From assembly GCA_021399345.1 (NCBI GenBank), contig JAAFKI010000022.1, positions 1 through 50,608 of the forward strand: DNA of 50,608 bases. Reading direction: 5' to 3'. Of this stretch, positions 19,394 to 29,156 are shown one piece after another; within the stretch, counting starts at the first letter, position 1; each line of letters begins with the position of its first letter. Source of the stretch: Candidatus Heimdallarchaeota archaeon. Its GTDB lineage: Archaea; Asgardarchaeota; Heimdallarchaeia; Heimdallarchaeales; Heimdallarchaeaceae. The notes beneath the pieces are model-generated. The model was not told where the DNA came from and did not search any database. It was given only the letters and a program-made list of their open reading frames with translations. A program made the position numbers and the translations under genes.

Positions 19394-19963
19394 ATGAACG
19401 ATTATTTTGGTTTAGCTTTAATGCCTGAATCAGCTGATGATAATCAATTTACTGAAGAATTTATTCAAGCTATTGATGATTTCCTAAAGGATGCTACTAA
19501 GCTTGCAATTCTTGGTATTGGAAATGAAGATAATGGAGACGATGCAGTAGGATTGTATATCCTTACTATTCTTCAAGAAGCAAACCTACCAGATTGGGTA
19601 ACAAATTTTTATTGTGAAAAAGTGCCTGAACATTTTCTTGGGAAATTTAGAAAATTAGAGCCAGACAGAATCATTATTTTAGATGCTGCAGATATGAAAG
19701 AAATACCAGGAGCTATTGCAATCTTTCCCAAAGAAGCTGTTTCTAGTGGTTTTCATCTTTCAACTCACACATTGTCTTTAACAATGCTTGAAGAGTTTCT
19801 CAAACCAGTTGTTCCAGATCTAATTACAATGTATGTGGGTATTCAACCAAAGGATCTATATTTTGACACCCCTCTTTCAAAGGAGTGTAAGGATGCAGCT
19901 GAAGAATTTGCAGAACTATTAATAGAGAGAATAAATCTTACAAACAAAAATAGAACAAAATAA
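19394..19963 (+). CDS. hycI: Hydrogenase maturation endopeptidase HycI
   Basis: ILGIGNE..GDDAVG, VPEHF, IILDAADM...PG, STHTLSL, GIQP. Start uncertain (19394 or 19421). Confidence 0.88.
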   Translation: MNDYFGLALMPESADDNQFTEEFIQAIDDFLKDATKLAILGIGNEDNGDDAVGLYILTILQEANLPDWVTNFYCEKVPEHFLGKFRKLEPDRIIILDAADMKEIPGAIAIFPKEAVSSGFHLSTHTLSLTMLEEFLKPVVPDLITMYVGIQPKDLYFDTPLSKECKDAAEEFAELLIERINLTNKNRTK

Positions 19964-20052
19964 GTTGAGAATTCTTATTATTGGAGTGTAAATTTACAGT
20001 TCATATACCAGAAGAATTTCAAAATTAGAGACATTTCATTATATTAATCTAA

Positions 20053-20556
20053 TCATTTTTTTTTCTTAACCTTGCTAAGTAAAAATGAAATTATCCCCCA
20101 TAGTACATTTAGATTCGGTACTCGTCCCATATATTCTGTATAATCATCTCCAAACTTTGCAATTAATGCTTTATTAGCACTTAGAGAATCAACATATGTT
20201 GCTATTATCACAGGTACACATAGAATGTCTACTACCCAATGTTGTGAGATAAATACTAATGCAAGACTCCAAAAAATTCCTGCTAAAAATTGTGGATGTC
20301 TAACAATCGCATAAATTCCTGTATCCACTATTTTAGTAGTTTTAATGTAACTGGATTTTTTTGGTACTCCTCCCAGCTTTCTAAATGTTAGAATAGGGAG
20401 AACACCAAAAATGATGGAAAAACCCCATAATATATATCCAAAGATGACAAGACCATATTTATCATAGTAATTTGGCCAAAGAGCAAAAGTTAGTATAATC
20501 TGTGCCAATATTGCTACCCAAGTTATCGTTACAGGAAGGAATTCTTGTACTTTCAT
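20053..20556 (-). CDS. PEMT/isoprenylcysteine carboxyl methyltransferase-family membrane protein
   Basis: TTKIVDTGIYAIVRHPQ, FGDDY.EY..RVP, several TM helices. Confidence 0.75.
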   Translation of the reverse strand: MKVQEFLPVTITWVAILAQIILTFALWPNYYDKYGLVIFGYILWGFSIIFGVLPILTFRKLGGVPKKSSYIKTTKIVDTGIYAIVRHPQFLAGIFWSLALVFISQHWVVDILCVPVIIATYVDSLSANKALIAKFGDDYTEYMGRVPNLNVLWGIISFLLSKVKKKK

Positions 20557-20711
20557 ATATTAAACCTCTTCAATTTCCAAACAAAGTGATTCACATTAAA
20601 GTTAATAAAGAATGTTATTTGATTTTCCTTACTTTCCATATTTCTTTAATCAAAAAAAATTAAAGCATAAATTCTCTGTGTATATCCCCTAAGAGTATCA
20701 AAGAATTTAAT

Positions 20712-21263
20712 TTAATCAATCTGTCCCAGAATGGCCCTAGCAAATTCTCTAGCATTTGCTAAATCGTTCTCATCAGGGTGCTTTTTGATGATTTCCAAAT
20801 ATATTGACCATTGTTCCTTATCTGTAACAATTTGATCATGAATGAACTTCTCTATAGGTGGCGAAGGTATTCCCATACAATTGAAGAACCCTAAGAATTT
20901 AATATTGTTATTATGAGCAAAACTCTCAAAAGATTTAATGCATTTTCCAGCCCATTGTTCATACATACTCTTCTCATATTCTCCTGCTTCAGAAGTATAT
21001 GATGCATGTGTAACAAAACCAGCAAGTTTAAACCCTGATGCAGATGGAGTTTGTTCAAGCAGTTGCAAAACAGGAAGAGCTAAATCAGAATCATGGCATG
21101 CTGAACCTAAGAAAACTAAATCATAATTTGCAAAATCCTTCATTGATATATCATTCATATCCTTCAAGTCAGCTTCATGATTTTCAGATGAAGTTTCATA
21201 AATTGCTTCTGCGATTTTTTTTGTGTTCCCTGTTACACTATGATATGTTACTAGTATTTTCAT
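20712..21263 (-). CDS. Flavodoxin-family protein
   Basis: ILVTYHSVTGNTKKIAEAI FMN loop, YDLVFLGS, HPDENDL..A..FA. Confidence 0.85.
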   Translation of the reverse strand: MKILVTYHSVTGNTKKIAEAIYETSSENHEADLKDMNDISMKDFANYDLVFLGSACHDSDLALPVLQLLEQTPSASGFKLAGFVTHASYTSEAGEYEKSMYEQWAGKCIKSFESFAHNNNIKFLGFFNCMGIPSPPIEKFIHDQIVTDKEQWSIYLEIIKKHPDENDLANAREFARAILGQID

Positions 21264-21362
21264 AGTATAATTTGAAACTCTAGCTTATTTAATAATAACC
21301 ATTCTCTAAAGTTAAATATAGAAATTTTCCAGAAGCACTCAACAATTTAAAAATAGTTAGTT

Positions 21363-22850
21363 TCAGCTTCTTGAAGGATTTAACAAGGGATAGAAATCAT
21401 ATAAGTCCCCATCTGGACAATCAATCTTATAGTATCCAGTACCACTCCAGTCTGACCAATAATTTCCCTCATTTGACAATATATCATACCAAAAATTAGG
21501 ATAATCAAGTTCCCATTGTATAGCTTGAGAACTCTCAAAATAATGAATAACCTCTTGATGATTTCCGACAAATGTGTTATGATGTACGCTATTGTTTTTT
21601 GAATTCATATTAATATACACCCCATACCTAGTATTCTCGACTAACAAATTGTATGTCATGTTACATAGGCTAGAATACCACAAATAAATTCCATATCCAT
21701 TATTCTTGCAGTCATTATAGTCTATAAATATAGAAGAACAATAATAATCTAGAAATATGCCTGCAATAGAGTTGCTATTACAAATGTTATAAGTAAAACT
21801 TGAATTGGATGTAAAAATGGAGTAAATTCCATTTCCACAATTGATAAATTGATTCTGAGTTATACAAAGCCCAGTAGAATTAATCAAGGATATACCTGCT
21901 TGAAGATTCTCAAAAACCTGATTTTTAACTGTTACATCTGTACATTCACAGAGAATGATTTGACCATAGTCTGAATCTTCTATAACACTAGATGTTAAAT
22001 TATAGAAGAACCCCAATTTTTTTCCATTTATCGTATTGTCGAACACTTGCAATGTGGAAAAATCATAACCAGACTGCCACATATCATTTAATGTAAAGCC
22101 ATTGTTCTTGAAATTATTTTCTGCAATTATGATAAATTCATTATTAGCTGACCCAATTCCGGCAACTATATTGTTCTTCACCAAATTATTTGTAATTGTT
22201 ACATTAAAAGACCTAGAAGCATAAATTCCATACCCAGCTACATCTTCACAAGTATTTTCTACAACTATCATTTCATTGCAAGATTCCATGAATATACCAA
22301 AATCATACATCTGAAGACAAGAATTTTTAGAAACTGTGGTATTTGTGTTTTTGTACAAGTAAATCCCCCCAAATTGCATCCCAAACCACCAAATATAATT
22401 ACCTTCCTTTTCCTTTTTACATACATTATCTGAAACAATTGTTCCTGTAGTATTGTATAGGTAAATTCCATAATACGAACTAATACAAGTATTGTCTGTT
22501 ATTGAGACAGTTTCTTTTGCGGTGCTAGATATAAGGATTCCATATGCATTAACATCAATGTAACAATTTGTAATTATGAAATATTTTGTTGTTCCAGAAA
22601 TTCGAATTCCAAAATCTTCACTGGAGACAATCTTATACCTTTCAATCTTGAATGGATCATCTTTTGTTCCAGAACCACTAACTGAATAATCTTTCAGTTC
22701 TGAGTCTGATTCGATTTTAATAGGATCTATAGAAGTGTAATTGGGTGAGAGAGTTAAGAATACAACAGTTATTACTGAAGAGCTAATCAGAATTACTAAG
22801 AAAAAATAGAACAGAACTTTTTTACTAAGAAGTAATGCCTTTAAACTCAA
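21363..22850 (-). CDS. Secreted/anchored right-handed parallel beta-helix (NosD/PbH1) protein
   Basis: N-terminal TM, GSGT.DDPF.IE, many N...GI.L..S....I..N repeats, GNYWSD and D.YPL end motif. Confidence 0.85.
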   Translation of the reverse strand: MSLKALLLSKKVLFYFFLVILISSSVITVVFLTLSPNYTSIDPIKIESDSELKDYSVSGSGTKDDPFKIERYKIVSSEDFGIRISGTTKYFIITNCYIDVNAYGILISSTAKETVSITDNTCISSYYGIYLYNTTGTIVSDNVCKKEKEGNYIWWFGMQFGGIYLYKNTNTTVSKNSCLQMYDFGIFMESCNEMIVVENTCEDVAGYGIYASRSFNVTITNNLVKNNIVAGIGSANNEFIIIAENNFKNNGFTLNDMWQSGYDFSTLQVFDNTINGKKLGFFYNLTSSVIEDSDYGQIILCECTDVTVKNQVFENLQAGISLINSTGLCITQNQFINCGNGIYSIFTSNSSFTYNICNSNSIAGIFLDYYCSSIFIDYNDCKNNGYGIYLWYSSLCNMTYNLLVENTRYGVYINMNSKNNSVHHNTFVGNHQEVIHYFESSQAIQWELDYPNFWYDILSNEGNYWSDWSGTGYYKIDCPDGDLYDFYPLLNPSRS

Positions 22851-22995
22851 GGTAACCAGTCTCTCAAATTATTTGTCTACTAATCATAAATTATTCTATA
22901 AGATTAAAAAGATTCTTGATTATTTTGTCAAATAAAAGAACTCTTTTATTTGTATTATTTTTGCATTCTTAAAGAGCATTGAGGAGCTATAAAAA

Positions 22996-23115
22996 TTGTC
23001 AGAGCCAACGCAAAAATATAGAGATAAAGAAATGGTTAATGCAATAATAAAAAAAATCAAACAGTTAACAGAACAGATTGGTGAGAAAGTACGCATCATG
23101 CATGTTTGTGGGTAA
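22996..23115 (+). pseudogene. hypD: Truncated hypD 5' fragment (39 codons)
   Basis: GAGGAG RBS, TTG start, translates to MSEPTQKYRDKEMVNAIIKKIKQLTEQIGEKVRIMHVCG*, the HypD N-terminus, stopping inside the HVCGTHE motif. Confidence 0.75.
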
Positions 23116-23159
23116 ACTCCTATTTGATATTAATTTAACGATAGGAGGTTGTTAAAATA

Positions 23160-24740
23160 ATGAACATTTCATTGTCGAAAAAGACCAGAAAATTGCTTGT
23201 GATTGTTCTGGTGAGTTTAATAATCATTGTGTATCCAACAACATTTCTTCAACATGCAGAAGCTGCTGATAGTGGGTACGTTATTATCTATTCCCCTACA
23301 GCCTATGAAAGATATCCTTATTGGGAAAGTGTGAACGTCTATTATCGAGTAGTAGTTCGTTCTGGTTGGTTACTAGAATCTTCGAGGATTTTTATTGATG
23401 GCCATTATAAAGGCATGTATTCCCAATCATTTGTCAATGTCAATATCCATGGTTTAGCTTCGAAAATACATACATTGAAAATAGAAGTTAATTGTTTTAG
23501 AGCTAGACCTTTTGATTATGACCAATACAACACCTTTAGAACCTTTTATACCTATTCAGCAACTGATCAAGATGACATAAATGACCTGAGAATCGATAAA
23601 CTGCATGATCTTGGGAAAGCTGGACAAGGAGCGACTATTTGCGTGATGATTGATGGTCTAGGGTATAATGACGTCATTAACTCCAACTATCACCCGTCCA
23701 TCTATAAGGAATATTCTAATGTTATCAGAGATGTAGAGTACTTTATATTTGATAGAGACTCGGAAGGAGATAATCCAAGTTTTATGAAACTTACTTCCAA
23801 TTGGGATCAACTAAGTGCATCTGCAAAATGGGATGCGATTAGAAATGAAGAGGATGGTTATAGACTTAAAAATGCTGGAAACACGGATAATATACACGGT
23901 ACAAGTGTTTTAAGTGTTTTAGTTCAAATTGCTCCTCATGCAAAGTATATGTTTGTTGAGCATCGAGGGAATCCTTTGAAAGAGTTAGCTGCAATAAGAT
24001 GGATCTCTGAAAATGATATTCATATAAATTATGATATAGAAGTAATCAGTTTATTTTGGGGAGACTCCAAGGTTTACGTAGAGGGTTACTTAGGTATTGT
24101 GCATTCTTGGTTTTGGGGTACAACATATGATTTTGATGACTACGAAGCTTGGTTTGATGATATCGCCAATGGTGGTGGAAGGAATAACAAAGTAATTACG
24201 GTTGCTCCTTCAACTAATCAAGCAATGACATTTTCACAAAAAATTTATGCTCGCTTTCCAGCGTCTCTATCAACAGTTATAGGAGTTACAGGAGTCTATG
24301 ATAGAGATAATGGTGATTCTTCTTGGAAGTTAAAAACAGGTGATGAAGGAGATGCTGCAGGAGACTGCAATGGATACGGTATCGATATAGCGGCTATCGA
24401 TTATTATACTACTATTCCTTGGGAACCAGATACAGGTATTTATGCAATTGCTGGCTCTTGTAATGCTGCCACTTTTGTTTCTGGGATTACTGCTATCTTG
24501 AAACAATACTGTGATCCTTTAACTATTTCTCAACTTCAAGATGTATTGAAATATACTGGTGATGCAGAAGGAGACTCTCCCAAGAATTATGGTACAGAAA
24601 GTGGAGGGGCATACGAATCCTTGGATCCTTATGACGAATCTACTAGCTTTGGTTATTATCCTGGCAATTATAGAGTAGCTTGGGGAATAATCGATTCCTA
24701 TGAAACCTATTTATATATAAAAGATAACATTATGCCCTAA
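23160..24740 (+). CDS. Secreted subtilase (S8)-like protein with Cys at the catalytic Ser position
   Basis: Signal peptide; G.G.TICVMIDG (Asp165), HGTSV (His246), VAPSTN, FPAS...VIGV, IDIAA, AGSCNAATFVSG (cf. GTSMAxPxVAG). Confidence 0.7.
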   Translation: MNISLSKKTRKLLVIVLVSLIIIVYPTTFLQHAEAADSGYVIIYSPTAYERYPYWESVNVYYRVVVRSGWLLESSRIFIDGHYKGMYSQSFVNVNIHGLASKIHTLKIEVNCFRARPFDYDQYNTFRTFYTYSATDQDDINDLRIDKLHDLGKAGQGATICVMIDGLGYNDVINSNYHPSIYKEYSNVIRDVEYFIFDRDSEGDNPSFMKLTSNWDQLSASAKWDAIRNEEDGYRLKNAGNTDNIHGTSVLSVLVQIAPHAKYMFVEHRGNPLKELAAIRWISENDIHINYDIEVISLFWGDSKVYVEGYLGIVHSWFWGTTYDFDDYEAWFDDIANGGGRNNKVITVAPSTNQAMTFSQKIYARFPASLSTVIGVTGVYDRDNGDSSWKLKTGDEGDAAGDCNGYGIDIAAIDYYTTIPWEPDTGIYAIAGSCNAATFVSGITAILKQYCDPLTISQLQDVLKYTGDAEGDSPKNYGTESGGAYESLDPYDESTSFGYYPGNYRVAWGIIDSYETYLYIKDNIMP

Positions 24741-24808
24741 TTAATTCAAATTCATAGATAATTTGTGTAGAAGAAGGAACGTTAAAACAAAATAAGGAGA
24801 ACATCCAC

Positions 24809-25756
24809 ATGGGAAGAAAAAAAAGAGTAATTTCAATTTCAATAATAGTGCTAACTATTTTTATGATTTGTTCTTCTTCTTTTATTTTAAGGCAAGAAGC
24901 TTCAAATATTTACCAACTGGGAGCTTTGAGCCATTCAAGTTCTTCTGGAAAAGTCAAAACAGATGAAAAATCTTTAACAAATGAACTAACTGATGATTTT
25001 CAATTAATAATAAATGCTCCAGTAATAGCACAAAATACTACTTATTTAACAGTGATGAATCTGAATATTACATTCTCTAATGATACAGCGATAATTGATG
25101 CAAGTGCAGAAGATAATGTAACATTAATAATTTTCAATGATAAGGGTTTTTCAAGCAATTATACAATGGATTACGACTTGAATCGATTTAATGGCTGGGG
25201 AAAGGACATATTTATTTTATATTATGAATATCCAGGGACATATTATATCGATTTAATCGTATCAACAGGATTGTATTATTATAATAATACTCTTGACTCA
25301 TTTGAAATAGGTTTCAGTGTCTCTTTTAGAATACCTCTACTTGGCTTAAGTAATGAAAGTAGTATAATGCAAATATCTGTTTCTATCACTATAAAACCAA
25401 ATATTTATCTTGATTATGTTCTGTTTAGTAGTACTATCTATGGGTGTATCTTCAATTCTTCTAATTATAATGTCAAAACAGTCATACTAACTTGGGGAGG
25501 ATTTAGTTTTTGGTGGTACCGTTGGAATTCTATTCTCAATATTGATGATTTGGAAACGGGGTATTATTATGCAATAGGATTTGTTGTTTATGAGGAAGAA
25601 TTGTTCATTTCTCCTCCTTCAAATATACTCTTTTATATGCCTGATCAACCTACAGAAACACCAACAACGAGTGGGGATAAGACGGTGTTGATTATCATTT
25701 CAATCAGTCTTATAAGTTTCGTGCATCTATTAAGGAAGAAAAAATATAAGCAATAG
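24809..25756 (+). CDS. Secreted surface protein with C-terminal TM and basic tail; paralog of 26022..26996
   Basis: Signal peptide, many N-x-S/T sequons, PTETPTT linker, TM and RKKK. Confidence 0.75.
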   Translation: MGRKKRVISISIIVLTIFMICSSSFILRQEASNIYQLGALSHSSSSGKVKTDEKSLTNELTDDFQLIINAPVIAQNTTYLTVMNLNITFSNDTAIIDASAEDNVTLIIFNDKGFSSNYTMDYDLNRFNGWGKDIFILYYEYPGTYYIDLIVSTGLYYYNNTLDSFEIGFSVSFRIPLLGLSNESSIMQISVSITIKPNIYLDYVLFSSTIYGCIFNSSNYNVKTVILTWGGFSFWWYRWNSILNIDDLETGYYYAIGFVVYEEELFISPPSNILFYMPDQPTETPTTSGDKTVLIIISISLISFVHLLRKKKYKQ

Positions 25757-26021
25757 ATTAGACAACTTTTTTGAAATTTATTGGAGTATTGACAAAACAG
25801 ATTCTGAAATGTAGCATTAAAAAATATAAAACTATGATAGCAAAATCAAACTACAGTTTGTACAAGAATTTGAAGATATTTTAGTTATTGAATTGCAGGG
25901 AAATTATTTATGTCTATGAATCTTATTTGTATGTCCTTGACAATATAATGCCATAGTATAATTTATTTATATTAAAACTTCAGATAAACATGAAAACTAA
26001 TAATACCAAAATGAAAAGAAG

Positions 26022-26996
26022 ATGAAAACAGCAACTAAAAGAGGTGAAAACAAAGTGAGAAGAAAATATGGTAAGAACTTGTGGATCAGCTATATATTAC
26101 TTGTTCTCTTATTGACAAGTTCATTTCTTGTCACTTCTGCTCAATATACTCTTATCAAAAAACAGAAAAATACTCCTCCAACTCCTCTCTCCTTTACAGT
26201 TACTGAGAGTGGAGAACAGCAAATACCCCCTAGTACTAACGCTGATCCTTTTCAATTACTTATCAACAACTTAACCATAGTTTATAATTGGACACATTTG
26301 ACACTAACTAATCTAACAATTACTTTTACCAATGGAACAGATATAACTCAAGTTAGCGCAGAAGATAATGTTACTCTTTTAGTCTACAACAGTATTGGCT
26401 TTTCTCGAGAGTATACAATGATCTATGAAAATGATATCTACCAAGGTTGGGGGAATCTCATTAATGTTGATAGTGGTTATAGCCCTAGAAGATATTATGT
26501 TGATTTACTAATCACCACAGAAGATTACTATTATAACGGGAATGTTTACTCTTTTAAAAAATACTTTAAGATAAAGTTTGGAAACCATTACTTTGATATG
26601 GATGTAGAAGGAATGTTTACTGTTGCTACTTCTATTTCTGTTGAACCACATGATTATAATGACTATATTTTAATCCTCAACAGTGAGATTTATGCTAGCA
26701 TTTTCAATTCTTCTGATCATAATGTTAAGAATGTACTAGCACAATATCAGGGGTTTAGTGCGTGGTGGTATTTTTATCGCACTGAAGAATTTAGTTTGGA
26801 AGACTTTGCACCAGGATATTATTATGCGTATATGATCGTAATCTATGACGAAGAATTGTATTTTTCTCCACCTTCTAACATAATCAACACTGGGGAAGAA
26901 GAACCTACAAAAAGCAGTATTAATTTGTTCTGGTTACTTGGCTTTTTTGTAGTAATTACTCTTGTTCGTCTATCAAGAGCTAGAAAAAAAATATAG
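26022..26996 (+). CDS. Secreted surface protein with C-terminal TM and basic tail; paralog of 24809..25756
   Basis: Shares FQL.IN, SAEDNVTL, GWG, YY.DL, IFNSS..NVK, WWY, GYYYA, Y.EEL..SPPSNI with the upstream gene. Confidence 0.75.
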   Translation: MKTATKRGENKVRRKYGKNLWISYILLVLLLTSSFLVTSAQYTLIKKQKNTPPTPLSFTVTESGEQQIPPSTNADPFQLLINNLTIVYNWTHLTLTNLTITFTNGTDITQVSAEDNVTLLVYNSIGFSREYTMIYENDIYQGWGNLINVDSGYSPRRYYVDLLITTEDYYYNGNVYSFKKYFKIKFGNHYFDMDVEGMFTVATSISVEPHDYNDYILILNSEIYASIFNSSDHNVKNVLAQYQGFSAWWYFYRTEEFSLEDFAPGYYYAYMIVIYDEELYFSPPSNIINTGEEEPTKSSINLFWLLGFFVVITLVRLSRARKKI

Positions 26997-27272
26997 AAGA
27001 TTATATGAGACTGTTTCTGAAGGGATGAATAAATATGTTCACACGTATATTTCTAGACTCCTTGACCTATATGAGTATAAAGAGATACATGAATGGTTAA
27101 CACCATATCTTTAATGAATAAATCTCACCTTATTTATGTTCAATTATTATCTAATTCATAGTCTTCTTCAATTTCATCTCTTACATTTTTCCGAAAATCG
27201 GAATCAACTATTACATGAAGTTCATTTTCAGATTGTAATTCAAATTGATGATTGAGATGTATATCAAATAGA

Positions 27273-27533
27273 ATGAGCTTAATTGGCACATTTTTCTACT
27301 GATTGGATCAAGTGTTTTACTGTTCGTCCTGATAATATCTTCAATCGATTTAATTATGTCTTTCTCCAGTTATTGTCCTTAGTTCTTCTGTTCTTTCTTA
27401 TTTCCTTTTCACTCACTATCTGAAAGAACACAAATTTTACAAAAGATGGGTTAAATCTCCTATTTGTCCTGACTGTAACTTTCAGTTTGACCCAGATTCC
27501 AAATTCTGCCCTAATTGTGCAAGAAAATTATAA
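27273..27533 (+). pseudogene. Degraded membrane protein with C-terminal zinc ribbon
   Basis: Last frame reads ...KSPICPDCNFQFDPDSKFCPNCARKL*; upstream hydrophobic segments are split across frames with stops. Confidence 0.5.
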
Positions 27534-28934
27534 ACTTTCAATGATTTCTTTGATACTATTATCATTCGTTACTTCATAAGCTTTCGCTAAACCATTACTT
27601 ATTTGTTCAATGACTAATTTCTTTATGTTTTCTTCTTGTACTTGTAATAATTTCTCAATTATTTTTTCAATCCAATCTTGTTTTACTTCTTCTTTAAAAC
27701 CTATAATATAGAAAACATCATTTATCACACCCAATTCTAACAGCATCTCAAGATTTCTAGATGAAACTTTTTCAATAATCCCTATAGCATGATGTATTGT
27801 ATAACTCTTTGAAGTAAATCTCTTCTCCTCTTTTTCTTCCTCTCGTATAATTTCACAAAGTAATTTATATGCAAGTGCAATTGATTTTACTTCTTCTTCC
27901 TTTAATGTTCTTTCAATTATCCCTACAGTATCCGCTAGATTTGAAAATATTTCTCGTGTAAATTTAAAAATTGAATAGTTTTTCAATAATCTTCCATAGT
28001 GAATAATTCTGTCATTTATCATCTTAGCAAGTTTTACTGCTCTTTCTCCTTCATCTTTCTCCCAATAATAACTTTGAGCGAAAATCAGCTCATAAATACT
28101 GCTTATATAGAGATGCTCTGTTTCTTTAGCTACTTTTTTTGTATCTGTTTCCCTCTTTCTATTCTGATTTAATTCCTCTGCTAAATTAAATAATGCTCCA
28201 GATCTTAATGTTCTTACTCCTCCTCTATCTATCTGATAACTGAATATCATATCTTGAAATGTTGTGCTTATGATGATTTTCTTGTAGAAATATGTAATTG
28301 TTTCTCTATCTTCTCCGAATTCCAGTAGTTGTTCATAAAATCTACTCTCTGTTTTTAATAACATTAATAATCCCTTATATTTTGATAGCTTATAGTATTG
28401 TTTCTTTATCCAGAATAAAGCTAAAGTACTTAATACGATATTTGCAAATTTTTCACCTGTAATTATTCCTCCAAGAGTATTGAAGAAATTCATAGCTATT
28501 TTTTCTAGTTTTTTATCTGTCTCTATTTTGTTTTCTATTCCATAATATTCACCTAGTTCTTCTGGGCATTCATCCGAAAATAGCAGTTTTATTGTAGGAT
28601 AATAATCAAGATTACTTACTATCTCATTTTCAAAATAATTAATTTCAATCCCATATATTTTCTTCTTTAATTCTTCAATGAATTTCTCTTTCTCTTCTTT
28701 TTCCTCTTTATTTATCTTACCAATTTCTATTTCCGGTGCATCTGTTTTCTCTATCTTCTTTCCGCAGGAATAACATTTCTCATCCTCTATTTCTACTAGT
28801 TCCTCACATCCTGAACATAGATATTCATGTCTAATTATTACTATCCCACATTCCTTGCAAAACATGCTTTCATAATGGTTTATTTCTCTACAACTAATAC
28901 ATCTACAAACTAGTTCAACTACTTCTTCACTCAT
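27528..28934 (-). CDS. Hypothetical protein with N-terminal double zinc ribbon
   Basis: CISC, CKEC, CSGC, CYSC pairs, then an E/K/I-rich helical region. Confidence 0.7.
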   Translation of the reverse strand: MSEEVVELVCRCISCREINHYESMFCKECGIVIIRHEYLCSGCEELVEIEDEKCYSCGKKIEKTDAPEIEIGKINKEEKEEKEKFIEELKKKIYGIEINYFENEIVSNLDYYPTIKLLFSDECPEELGEYYGIENKIETDKKLEKIAMNFFNTLGGIITGEKFANIVLSTLALFWIKKQYYKLSKYKGLLMLLKTESRFYEQLLEFGEDRETITYFYKKIIISTTFQDMIFSYQIDRGGVRTLRSGALFNLAEELNQNRKRETDTKKVAKETEHLYISSIYELIFAQSYYWEKDEGERAVKLAKMINDRIIHYGRLLKNYSIFKFTREIFSNLADTVGIIERTLKEEEVKSIALAYKLLCEIIREEEKEEKRFTSKSYTIHHAIGIIEKVSSRNLEMLLELGVINDVFYIIGFKEEVKQDWIEKIIEKLLQVQEENIKKLVIEQISNGLAKAYEVTNDNSIKEIIESL

Positions 28935-29156
28935 TTTTCATTCATAACGTTCACAACAGTACATTTAAGCTTTCTGTGGCAAATATACCTTACCAATGTG
29001 AAAGTAAAGATTTCATCACTTTCAGAGTTCTTCTTCCACTTAGCAAAATAATTATCTGAAAATAATGCTTTTTTCTCGTAACTAGTTATTCTGCACTTGA
29101 CTCACCATTAAGATGTAGTGCTAGCTCCTATAGTTCTTAGGTAAATTTATTGCGTA

